Assembly: GCA_030141605.1 (NCBI GenBank)
Contig: JAQGDQ010000171.1
Coordinates: 186,001 to 250,000 of the forward strand
Reading direction: 5' to 3'
Origin: Tubiluchus corallicola
Taxonomy: Eukaryota > Animalia > Priapulida
Length of the DNA: 64,000 nucleotides
Shown: positions 52,356 through 64,000 of the stretch, piece by piece
Position numbering within the stretch: position 1 is the stretch's first letter
Layout of the letters: the number at the start of each line of letters is the position of its first letter
Position numbers and translations under genes: made by a program
The notes under the pieces: generated by a model
The model's database searches: none
Told to the model about the DNA's origin: nothing
Seen by the model: the letters and a program-made list of their open reading frames with translations, nothing else

Positions 52356-53396
52356 GCTGCATTTCTCGGTGAAAAGAGAAGAGAACTCTCGTCACCCCTA
52401 AATTCGACACTCTACGAAGCACAATCTGTTGCAACACAAGAAAGATATCGACGTAGAATGGCGTTACCTGGAGCAAGGAGACTTTCCGGCTTGTACACTG
52501 ACATCACCAGCTGGGCACGATCTCTACGAAGAAAACCTGAGAAAAAAAGACGCACCGTTTTTTCCGAGTCATCATCTAATGACTCCGCCAGTCGAAGGAG
52601 GAGCCCTCTTCGCATACAACAACGACGAAAGACGTTACCTGATCCTATTACGAACTTGGAAATGCACGTATCGGGTCAGGATGTCAGCTGCAATTCGGTA
52701 ACTGAAGAATCGTTGGACACACCAGATGTATTTCGTCGAGATAAGAGTGCATTTCGTTTAAATGATTTCAGAAATCAAGCCAGGACAAGGCAGTTATCCA
52801 ACGAGGCAATTGATTTCCAAAAGCGAAAGTTCCAGAATAAAACTTTAAGAGACAATGACGACAGAGTAGATACTGATCAAGAAATTCTTAGCAACCGACG
52901 CTGGGGATCTCTTGACCAAATCAGTGGCTCTTCGGTAACACAGGCGCCTGTTTTAAGAGGAAGATACAGCAGTCTACAGATTCATAGTCGTGGCAAAACG
53001 AAGAATTCTAGTAAAACTGGGAAGGAGAGAATATCTGACCGTCACCTACCACAGGGAAACGACAGGTTCTCAATTCCAAAAACTTCTAGGATGGCTAATG
53101 AAATAGGCGGTTTGGATAATGAGACGTACTTGTCAGTCAGTGGCAGTGAATCTAATTTGAAATTCACAGACGTAAAGAAGTGTGTAAGAAATCATGAACA
53201 GAGAGAAACCGACTCCTCTTTTTCAGATTTTGATGGAGGAACATCGCAGGAGGAAACGCGATATCCTCGTCGTCTTCTTGAAGGGCATTGGGGGAAAGTT
53301 TCAAAGTGGCACCATAGTGGAAATGCAACCCACGAAAGTCGAGCTAAAGCGAAAAATCCCAGGCTCAACAAAAGCCATAAAGGCAGACGACATTAG
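52356..53396 (+). CDS. ZP gene last exon: ~346 aa R/S-rich cytoplasmic tail
   Basis: Acceptor tttttgcag ends at 52355, phase 0; AAFLGEKRRELSSP... to TAG. Confidence 0.75.
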   Translation, partial: AAFLGEKRRELSSPLNSTLYEAQSVATQERYRRRMALPGARRLSGLYTDITSWARSLRRKPEKKRRTVFSESSSNDSASRRRSPLRIQQRRKTLPDPITNLEMHVSGQDVSCNSVTEESLDTPDVFRRDKSAFRLNDFRNQARTRQLSNEAIDFQKRKFQNKTLRDNDDRVDTDQEILSNRRWGSLDQISGSSVTQAPVLRGRYSSLQIHSRGKTKNSSKTGKERISDRHLPQGNDRFSIPKTSRMANEIGGLDNETYLSVSGSESNLKFTDVKKCVRNHEQRETDSSFSDFDGGTSQEETRYPRRLLEGHWGKVSKWHHSGNATHESRAKAKNPRLNKSHKGRRH

Positions 53397-54210
53397 GCAA
53401 ATACAACATTCAGAACCTAAAATGCATTCTTGTAAAAAATGTAAAGTTTTTTACATTGAAATTATGATTGCGTAATGTTCACCTAACTACTTCAGGACCG
53501 CACCATTCAAAATAGTTCTTATAAGACCTGTGACTTTTCTGCTACTGTATGAGCACAGACGAAACTAAATAATTACCAATTAGGTGCTGTTCTATTTAGG
53601 ATAATCTCTATGCAAACTATCAGCCAAAAACAAATTAAAGTCGTTTCATCTTTCAACAGGAATTTCTCTTTAAAAGCAGAGTAGACTTGAGGCCAAAATT
53701 TATGCCTCGATAGATGAAATTTTCTGCACTAGCCGATTTCACACAAGTGATATTGTACTTTGTTACAAGCAAATACTGCAATTACTGAAAACTTTTTCAA
53801 TTTTTTTTGTCAAAAATCGATTTTTAATTTGTCTGAGGCAAACAAATGCATTTCATATATAATTTTGTACGAACACATACTGTGTGAAGAGTAGAAACAT
53901 AGAAACATTATCAAATATAACGTAAATGCTGCTTATTGAGAGCACAAATGAACCCATTCAAAACGCAGGAAACTCTTACGGTCCTGGAGGAGTTAATATT
54001 TTGACTGTTGACTATAAGCAAACAATTGTAACAGGCAGTATCTAAGCTTGTTCAACAATCGTACACAAACTCACGCTTTCCAAAGTTAGTAGAACAAAAG
54101 AGTTTCGAAAGCGAAACCAAAAATGGGAAAAGATGCAACTTCGCCCTGATTTTATACAACTGCATGCGTTAGTAATGTCATCCAATAGTAAAGCTCAAAC
54201 TTTCGAATTA

Positions 54211-54717
54211 CAGTCATACCTCGGTTTTCGAACGTCTCAGTACTAGTACAATTCGGTTTTCGCCCAGAAAATTCAAGTTGAAATTGTCTCCGTTCTCGAC
54301 CAGAATTTCGGTACTCGAACAACCGCCAAGCACGTGATAAACGCACGTGAGCCGAGTAGAGCCGAGCGTAACCGACTGCGCCCGAGAGTAGTCATACACG
54401 TGTTTCTGCTCTTGCTTACGTATACCATCACACTGCTACCAACACATAAGGTTTTTTCACGCAGGAACAATTATGTTTTCCTTTCTAAGGAATTCTAGTA
54501 TGTTTTTCTTATCAAAAATATTACATCTACTGTTTGAATAAGCCTTTTTCATTATTATATTTCGTTTTAGTAATACTTTACAGTTCATTTGGAGCTTGAG
54601 AACGGATTATTTGCTTTTACATTATTTCTTATGGGAGTAAATGATTCGGTACTCAACCGAATCGGTTTTCAAATACTTTTTAGGAACGAATTATGGTCGA
54701 AAACCGAGGTACTACTG
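54211..54717. mobile_element. pogo/Tigger-like (Tc1-mariner superfamily) MITE
   Basis: TA TSD; TIR CAGTCATACCTCGGTTTTCGA / rc CAGTAGTACCTCGGTTTTCGA. Confidence 0.85.
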
Positions 54718-55332
54718 TATACGAAAAGCTAGGCCTAATGTTTTTATACAATTTGCACCTGCTTCAATTTGCAAACTACTCTGGTATGAGACCTGCTTAA
54801 AAATGGACGTTAGTTATCGTGTTTTAAGAAATCTTTTTACTCGTACAAGATTTTATCGAGTATTTCGTTCATACATGTTGTACTGTAGATATATCCAGTA
54901 AAACTTCATATGATTTATAAGTTGCATACAGTATAAATTCTTCCTTAAATTTTCGCGCGTGGAAGAAAGAAAAGTTTTCTGCCTACACTTTATTTATACT
55001 ATATTTATTGTTTTAAAGAATAAAGTATTAATAATAATTTTTTAAGGAAAAAGTAACTTGATATCGACTCATTGTCAAGTGTAAATAGAATTTAAGTTAG
55101 GACCTGTAATATTACTGTATGTTCGCAGCTTAGAATTACACTAGACACAGTAGTAAACAATCACTCCATTAAGTAAACTTTAAAAGCAAGACCTGAACTC
55201 ATACATGCAAAACGTGGATGTTAATTTCCCAAAAACTGTGTAAATGCGTAAAATACAGTTTGGCAACCAGGCAAAGAAAGCAAACAAGGAATAAATGTAT
55301 GACACGATAAGTCACTAAGTAAATGATTAAAC

Positions 55333-55887
<555 letters not shown>

Positions 55888-56986
55888 GTACTTTATTTTG
55901 TTAAGTCTTCATCAAAAACAATTAATAAAAATATCAAGCGTTATGGTTCATTTCATTCTTTTACTAACAATTGTACAGTATAATAATAGCACAGTTGTAA
56001 TGGGCCCCAAGCCACCCCCCACCCCTCCCCCAGTCAGGCTTGCGTTCAAACCTTAATTATTCGCACTAAATCGAAAGCTAGATAACGTGTAGATCGACTT
56101 GGCCGATTTAGCATCCAAAATTCTAAAATCCAAAATGTATCAGATTACTTGGTTTATGTTACAATATTTATAATGCGTTGTGTCTGATCCTAAGATAAGC
56201 ACTACATTGCTATTCCTAAGCTGTCAATTATAGATTGTTTACTGAATTAATGAACGTTCTTGTTTTGCTCTAAATTTCGCTGTGGAGCCGGAAAGCGTTG
56301 TAAACGCAAAAGAAACGAAAGCAAGATCACTCCCAGGCCAGAGAAGAATGCAGCAGTGTCTTTTCTTGGGAGGTAAACATTTGTGCTAATTGGGTCGCGA
56401 GAGAGATCCCACTGAGTGCATACGTACCAAGCGCATTGCCCTGGCCCTAGAAGCGTAATTTGTTTAAACAAAAACGGTTTATTAATCATAATTATTACCT
56501 GTACGTGACACTAATTTTGCCAAATAGCTCACCTTTATTGTGCCTTATGAATGGGGTTTTTCAAGAAGTCGCAGTTGCCTTCTCGCTTATAAACTTTCTG
56601 TTTATTATTGTGTGTGTATCTAGTACCTAGAGGCGACAACATAAAAAGGTTGGCCACACATTCTATTTTCCAATTTATGCACTTTAGCTATTTGAATGAT
56701 ATACTGAATGAACGAACACTATTATTTTATTATATAATACGATAAAAAGGTTGGCCACACTTTTCTATGGTGCAATTTACATATTTCACGCTCAGTAATA
56801 GGATAACAGTGTCTTTTTCAGGATTTCTAATACAGTACATATAAATAGAAACTCAAAAGAGTTTATAACACACATAAACTTAAAAAGTTTAACTAAAAGT
56901 AAGTTTGAACTTCGACAAATAAAGAATTAATGAAATATTGTTTCATGTTAATCAACGATCACTAATCATTCATTTTTATGGCCTTA

Positions 56987-57150
56987 CTGGGTTGTGTGGC
57001 CGAGTGGTCTACATTTCGGACTGCAACCACGCAGCCTTGAGTTCGAAACTAGTCGTTGCAAAAGCATGTTGGTCCCTACCTGTAGTGTAAGTCGCTAATT
57101 AGCTGTTAGGGTCAGTGGTTTTTGTTAAATGAGCAACGGTAAACGTTTTC
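56987..57150 (+). mobile_element. tRNA-derived SINE (same family as 23731)
   Basis: A box tggccgagtgg, B box agttcgaaac, and a shared 3' body. Confidence 0.72.
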
Positions 57151-57876
57151 TTTGTTTCATTTCACATTTCACAAAAATGTCGTTGCCAAAGTGAAACATT
57201 AGATTGGTTGCAGGTGCCATATATATGAAGTTCCGTTTTCGAAGTGAAAGAATCATAACATTGCAGCACAATAGCAATAGTTTAATCGTTTTAATTTGAC
57301 TTATTATGTGCTATCATCTACTTAATCACATACCATAAACAAGAAAAGTGCTTATAACACTTTATTTTACGACACAACAACAAATAGGAAAACAGTCTAA
57401 GTAAGATGTTTCCCCAAATTATTTTAAGAGCCGCGTAGATCTTACTTCCGCATTGGACTGTGCTCACATTTTCTGAACTTCCGTTGTGAGAAATATAAGA
57501 ATTCAGTCTTTGTTTCCAAGAGCAGCCAAAGTCCTACTTCTGTTAAATAATTTGTTTCCACGTGTTTCCAATGTTTGTACAAGCGTAATAATTGTTATCT
57601 GGCAGCAGAAAAGGCAAGTGTTACATCGCTACCAAAAGCTTGTTAGTGCTCAAATCCTATTAGGTGCAGGTTAAGAAAAATGGACAAATTGTCCGCATCT
57701 TCTGTGTACACTTGCCAATTTGTAATTTGCACAACAGCAGTTATACGTTTACACAGCGTGTGGCTGGGAACGAAAACAGTATACAGCGTCTCTTAGTACT
57801 TTTATTGAAAAGTAACTGGTCCTACCTGATATTGCCATTAGTCCAGCACCAATGGCCTCATTTTACTTTGGCTTTT

Positions 57877-58352
<476 letters not shown>

Positions 58353-61156
58353 AAAAATTGTTGCCTACAAAACTAAGAAACTCGACTATATTGAATATAT
58401 TAACTTTTTGAAATTCCGACAATGTATTTCCGTTATATTTGACGCACACTAAACACAAAAAATATGGGAAACATTAAAAGCAAATTCTAATAAACGGATG
58501 GCTTACAGAACAGATAGTCGTCGTCTTAAAATTCGCAATTGCATGATGTAATAATTCCAATCTTAATCTTAATCCTCTAATGCTTTCAACAAGGTGTTCA
58601 CCTGCTATAAAGTCTAGCATTGAATGACAAGCAAGTACTAGGTAAATGGCAAACAGCATGGTTATTACGTAATTATGGCAATTGAATTTGCAGCTTGTTC
58701 GCTTCACCGTCTGGGTCGGTTTTCAATTTGCACTTCAAACAAAGACTGGCTTTCGAGAAGGTGCGATCGTCTCGTTTAGCGTTCATATTGCACATTTAAA
58801 TTCATGAGCAAACCATGATTAACTTCAAACCATACAGCGACACATAAATATCAAAACAGCATAGATAAACATTACACGATTTTGTAAAACACCCACTATT
58901 GCTCAGAATGACCTAAGGTATAAAAAATCAATGGAGAAATTTTTTTTACACTGAAGATTGGAAGTGAATCTCGGTTACGACTCACTCGCAAAAAGTCAAT
59001 AGAAAATTTAAGCAAAAGGTTAGCAATACCTACATCGTTATAAAAACACACTGAAAAAATTATGAACAGACAAAAATGAAAAAGTAATCATTCAGAATTT
59101 TTTACTGGTGAAGGTTGAGTACTCAGAATTACTATATTGTATTTTGATACTGCGGTGTCCAAAGGCTCGCGTTTAACACAGCGATAAAGATGTTAGTCTA
59201 AGAAACTCAGTCAAAGAACAATCACAAAGATTCCGCGTTCACGAATATGAGAATCTGTCGTAACCTTCAAACCACCTATAACCGAATCCGGAAATTGCCT
59301 CTCAAAAAGATCAACGCAAAGCAAGAAAATGGACAACTTACCATCAATAACGGAGGAAGCACACGCAACATCTCAAAACCGATAACAGGTTATTTAATCA
59401 GTATATATTTGAACAAAATTAAAAATTCTAAAAGTAATTAGAAATATTTTTACAGCTATTTTGCGCATTGTATGAAATAAGTAGTTCGTGATAGAACATC
59501 TCACAAAGGCCGTGTACGTCTAGTAAACCACAAATAACTTTCGACATCTCATCTATAAATAGCAGACCTAAACTGTAAAATGTGGAGGAGTAATACAGCA
59601 ACAAGCTACAATACAGAGCAAGAAAAATTTAACTAATGCAGACATCCTCATGATTTTTAAACGTGGCTTTTCAAATTATATTTGCAACAAATTCTTTCAC
59701 ACAAACTTACATAAGTGCTTTGCAAGTATAATGCACATTGAATTTTCACGTCTGCCTGTATATTTTGCAGTACTTATAAATTCGTTAATTCACTCATTAT
59801 TTCAGAGGAAATTCTTTGAAAAAGTGATCATGTTTTTTCTGTAAAATTGGAATGACTAATCAAATCAATGAAAGCCCAAATGTACCACGTAGTAAATGTT
59901 CTTCCATAAAGATGTATCATGCTGGTGAATATGTACCAGAGGCAAGAATCAAATTTATAAAGTTTATCTCGAGATCTCCATTGTTGTTAGGCAGATTCTT
60001 TGACAATGGATTAATACACATCTCCCCGTTTGCTTCAAGGGCACACCTTTTCAAATTCGTCTAGTCACTCTAGTAACCAGATAATTCGAAAACTTCCTTT
60101 GGGAACATTGCTATGATGGAATTCGTAATTGATCCTACCATATTAAATATAACTCTTTCGACTGCGTGCAGATTTACAAAATAACCTCTAATAACGGCAG
60201 TTGTTATTACTCATTAAATTTTCGTTGACCAATCTCCTATATGTATATATAAGATTTTGTTCGCACATATTACATACTATAACAGTGCAATTCACCAATA
60301 TCTGTTAGTAATAATTTACAAGAATATTTACTTTAGTTAGTTACAATATAAAACAAAATCTGACGAACTTCTTCGTACGAAAAGCCAGGTAGGTAGAAAC
60401 AATGCAAACGAAATTTCTTTGTGCTAAAAAGAATATGACTTTTTGTTGTTCTGTTCAATTTTTTATTTTATTCATATGTTTAGTGTTACTTTATCAGCAG
60501 TTAATTTTCTTTTTTGTTCTTACCTGTTGATCCTTTTGTCTTGTTACGATTAGCATCTCTTTTAGCGATGATTTACATTTTTATTTTCATTTTACTGAGA
60601 ATATTAAGTTTATTTATCCTTTTTCTTTGTCAGTTTCGTTGGTTACAAAGTCACCGTAATTATGAAAATGCCATTGTTATGGAAAAGTGTGAGTCTCAAT
60701 ATGAGCGTCTTATATGAATTTATCACATTAGATTATTGTTTTAGGAATAAATATGTTGTGTATGCTTTAGGTTACTTATACCAATGTGTCAATCCATAGA
60801 TGGAAGTAAGTGAACTATTATCGTTTCGACCCACTGATGTTTTGACGAATCCTTGCATAATAGGAAGAATTAACGTTCAGCAGCTTAAAAGCAACTTTCC
60901 AATGTCAGCTCGTTTTTTCGCATGCTGTGTTGATTTTATCGCTGACTGTGGTAGAGAATTACAGGCTTTCCTAGTGGATCACCTAGTATTGTTTATATCG
61001 AGATTATTATCAACTTTGAACATGTTACCTTGCCTCTATACCGGAAAAGATAAGAAAGATGAGATAAGATTACAGAAAGGCAAACTTTTACCGTGAAATT
61101 TTCTTTCAAAACACCCAAATAATGTTAGTCATAAACTTATTCAAAATTCAATTTAT

Positions 61157-61195
61157 TGCCGACCGGTTTCGAACAAACTGTTCTTTGTCAAGGCA
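61157..61195 (-). ncRNA. Minimal type I hammerhead ribozyme-like motif (U3-A8 variant), Penelope-type
   Basis: Minus strand reads UGCC UUGACAA A GAACA GUU UGUUC GAAAC CG GUC GGCA: stem I UGCC/GGCA, stem II GAACA/UGUUC, palindromic stem III ACCGGU, GUC cleavage triplet, followed by AAUAAA. Confidence 0.6.
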
Positions 61196-61465
61196 TCTAA
61201 AACAAAGAAATTTACCAGAATTTACAAACAACATCGAAATACAATTCAATAGTTAGATAACCAAAAGATATATGATATAGCAGTATATAGATAATTTAAC
61301 AATTTACCTTGCAGATTACATATCTTGATTGCTATGAAACTATGTTACATTCCACAAACAAACAAACATGTTTGTAGTAACAGAACTGTCATTGCATTTC
61401 TATCTAACTACTGAACTGTATTATGATGTTGTTTCTAAATTCTGCTAAAATTTCTTTGTTTTAGA

Positions 61466-61504
61466 TGTCCTGACAATGAACAGTTTGTTCGAAACCGGTC
61501 GGCA
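61466..61504 (+). ncRNA. Second hammerhead-like motif, inverted copy (core CUGACAA, C3-A8 mismatch)
   Basis: UGUC CUGACAA U GAACA GUU UGUUC GAAAC CG GUC GGCA. It is part of the ~120-bp inverted arms 61141-61259 and 61401-61520. Confidence 0.5.
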
Positions 61505-64000
61505 ATAAATTCAATTTTGATGTAGTTACATCTATTTGCCAAATATGGATAATTCAAGTCATAAACGTAGTTTCCATAATAGATGTAATAATTCTTATTC
61601 CAAAATGATCGCGAGCTATCTGTGAAACCCAAATAAGGCCAACATCTTGCAGGTATAAACTTGCGGGATATTTAGCAACCAGATGGGTACGTAAACGTCA
61701 CTTTTTGGACCGGTGGAAAAACAAAACCGCTTCTGCAAAGATTGCTTATAATCAGAAATGTTATACCTAAACTGAAATTTGTGGAAGCAATAACCTCATT
61801 GTGTGAGAGCATGCAATGTGTGTGAACATAAATGGTCTATTGTCGTCTGTATTCATGATGGACTAGAGTCAGCGTAGGTTAATTGCGGAGCTGACTGCAT
61901 GAATAATGTGCTAAATTGATGTTTCCATACTGCACATATAGTATAGTTATGTTTACTTTATGTATACTTATAGAAACAGGTAAACTTATGTTTTTATAGT
62001 ATGATGCGCAGAAAATGAACCTAATGAACAATATCCAGAAAACTAAAGCTGTAACTTATAGAAAATAAACGGAAATTCAGGGTCTAATTTTAGGTTTAAA
62101 TGTTATGCAAGCACTCTAAAAATTACCGTTAATAAGTGCAGCTTGGGATTATGCTAAATACTAGTTTTCAGCCTATATCTTGGTACTATTAAAGCAATGG
62201 CAGAGTTAACTACAATTGGGCGTTTGTCATTGTAGATATAAGACACATTGAGTGCTTTCTTGCAATTTTAGTAACTACATGTACTTAGCTCTATGGTCTT
62301 AGGTGGAATTTATTGTTAACTGTGCAGAAACAGCTTTAGACCGGAGAGAGTTTTGTGCATCAGTACAGTAACGAGAAATTTTCCGAAAGTCAATAGTCAC
62401 CAAAGATATGAGCTAGAAGGCTCTTTGTCTAGCAAGTCGTTTTCCATGATCTTCAAGAAAGAATCAGTATAGACTAAGTTCAGACTGGACCATGACATGT
62501 TATCTGTCCACAAAAATCTGACAAAAATGACTTCAGAGAGGGAGTTTGGTAATCTTAACTTCAGAATTGGGCAAACTGAAAGCCAGCTGACCATATGGTT
62601 AGAAATCTTCAAAAAGAAAGAAGGAGTCATATCTATGAGGTAGGCATGAGAAAATCATCTAAGACTTAAAAAATGTTGAAGAAAAATAATGCACTTCTGT
62701 TATTCCAATTAGTGAATTCTATATATTATATTTAGTTGCTTTTTTTTAGTTTGAAGTTAGAGTTTTGCCCTAGATACGAAGACGAGATACGATGTTTGTG
62801 TTCGAAAAGAAATGCAACTAAACGTAACTTATGTCAATACGAAATATGCAAAAATTCAGTAACGGAAAACAACTATTTCGTGCAGATTTTCCGAAGAAGA
62901 ATGCATTTCCTGTTAGATACGGACATAGATAATTGGTAAGCTGTTTTCATTTTCAATTTCGTTGGCAAAAAAATTACACTTGTTTTTGGAAAAAGTGGCA
63001 AATACCTTGAACAAAATTTTCTCGCAACCGAAAAAAGTTAAAAATGTAAAATTAATGTTTAGACATAATGAGCAAACCAATTTTTAAATGTTTATGAACG
63101 GTTAGTACAGTATCATAATTAATTAGTTATACATGGTAAATGCTTTCCTATATGCTTCTTCGTCGATAATAAAAGGCAAAGTTGGACTAGTACTTAATGG
63201 ATGTAGTTCAGTGAAAAACTGTTGAAGCGATTTCTCTGCTATTAGAATCTTTGCTTTATCAAAATAATTGGGCATTTACTCCAGCGTTCTTGGTTCAAAT
63301 CAAAGCTCATTCGTTACCCTTTCTCATTTTCGCTCTTTCCACCTTAAAGTTTTGTTAAACATGTTTTTTTTTCTGAAAATCATCTGTTTTTCATTGCATT
63401 TGATGTTTTTTTATTTCAATGCTCTATAGTTCCGTAAAATTTAACAGTGAAAAAGTTACTCATGGAAAAAACTATATTTGTATTTTTGACAAAAATAAAT
63501 TACAAATAATTTGCGCTATAGATTTTTAGCTGGGACTACCATGTTGAAGATGATAAAAGTCTAAAACCCATGAAAGTGCTCTACAGCGCAGGCGCAGAAG
63601 GTACTACGATCTACAATACGATTATTGTTTAGCGAAAGTTGGTTGTTGTAATTATTACCGTAGCAGCGTGTCTATCGCTGGGTGATCATAACCCCGTGGC
63701 ACCAGCGAATATCGCACGGCTGAAAAATAACATCTTAGCGATGGGATAAAATATGGAGAGCTGTCACGTGGTGGGGGGCGGGTCATCTATGGAACATCGA
63801 CATATATAAGTTTTACCTTTATATTTTTGCTTGTTTAGTTTACATTGATGTGGTAACAAAGATATGTTGTCTCGTCTTGTCTTTGTTGTGTTTAATTAAC
63901 GGCCAAACTATCGGTAAGCAAAGATTTAAATTAGCGTTATTATGTGAGTCTATTGTGCAATGATCTATGTGTTATGAAACGTATGTATCTAGTGCAAAAT

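Noticed and set aside
60360-60400. CTGACGA...GAAA as another hammerhead
   Set aside because: No convincing stem II or III and no cleavage triplet.
58474-61096. Penelope RT or GIY-YIG coding remnants next to the hammerhead motifs
   Set aside because: Some stretches look vaguely protein-like on the minus strand, but I could not identify any diagnostic motif, so no call is made.

Overview
AT-rich, repeat-rich animal (invertebrate, probably protostome; inferred from the gene families present) genomic DNA with GT-AG introns. It is not prokaryotic. Coding content: (1) a CCHamide/excitatory-peptide (bombesin-receptor-like) class A GPCR with a single-exon CDS at 2109-3230 (+). (2) A large, hand-assembled 13-exon ZP (zona pellucida/cuticlin-type) domain membrane protein gene at about 15615-53396 (+). 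It encodes about 2145 aa, and every splice phase is consistent. The architecture is a basic low-complexity N-terminus, an extra ZP-N, a full ZP module, an RAKR furin site, a ~590 aa acidic stalk, a TM helix and a ~346 aa tail. The ORF track shows only disconnected pieces of it. (3) Two genes nested antisense in its introns: a 3-exon B4GAT1/GT49-like glycosyltransferase with two in-frame stops but no frameshifts, and an intronless TTC16-like TPR gene. The rest is mostly non-autonomous transposons (Kolobok-like, Sola3-like, pogo/Tc1-, hAT-, Harbinger- and Helentron-like), tRNA-SINEs, LINE 3' remnants, a 72-bp tandem array and microsatellites. An inverted pair of Penelope-type minimal hammerhead ribozyme motifs lies near 61.2-61.5 kb. 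All family calls come from motif recognition by eye; no searches were run.
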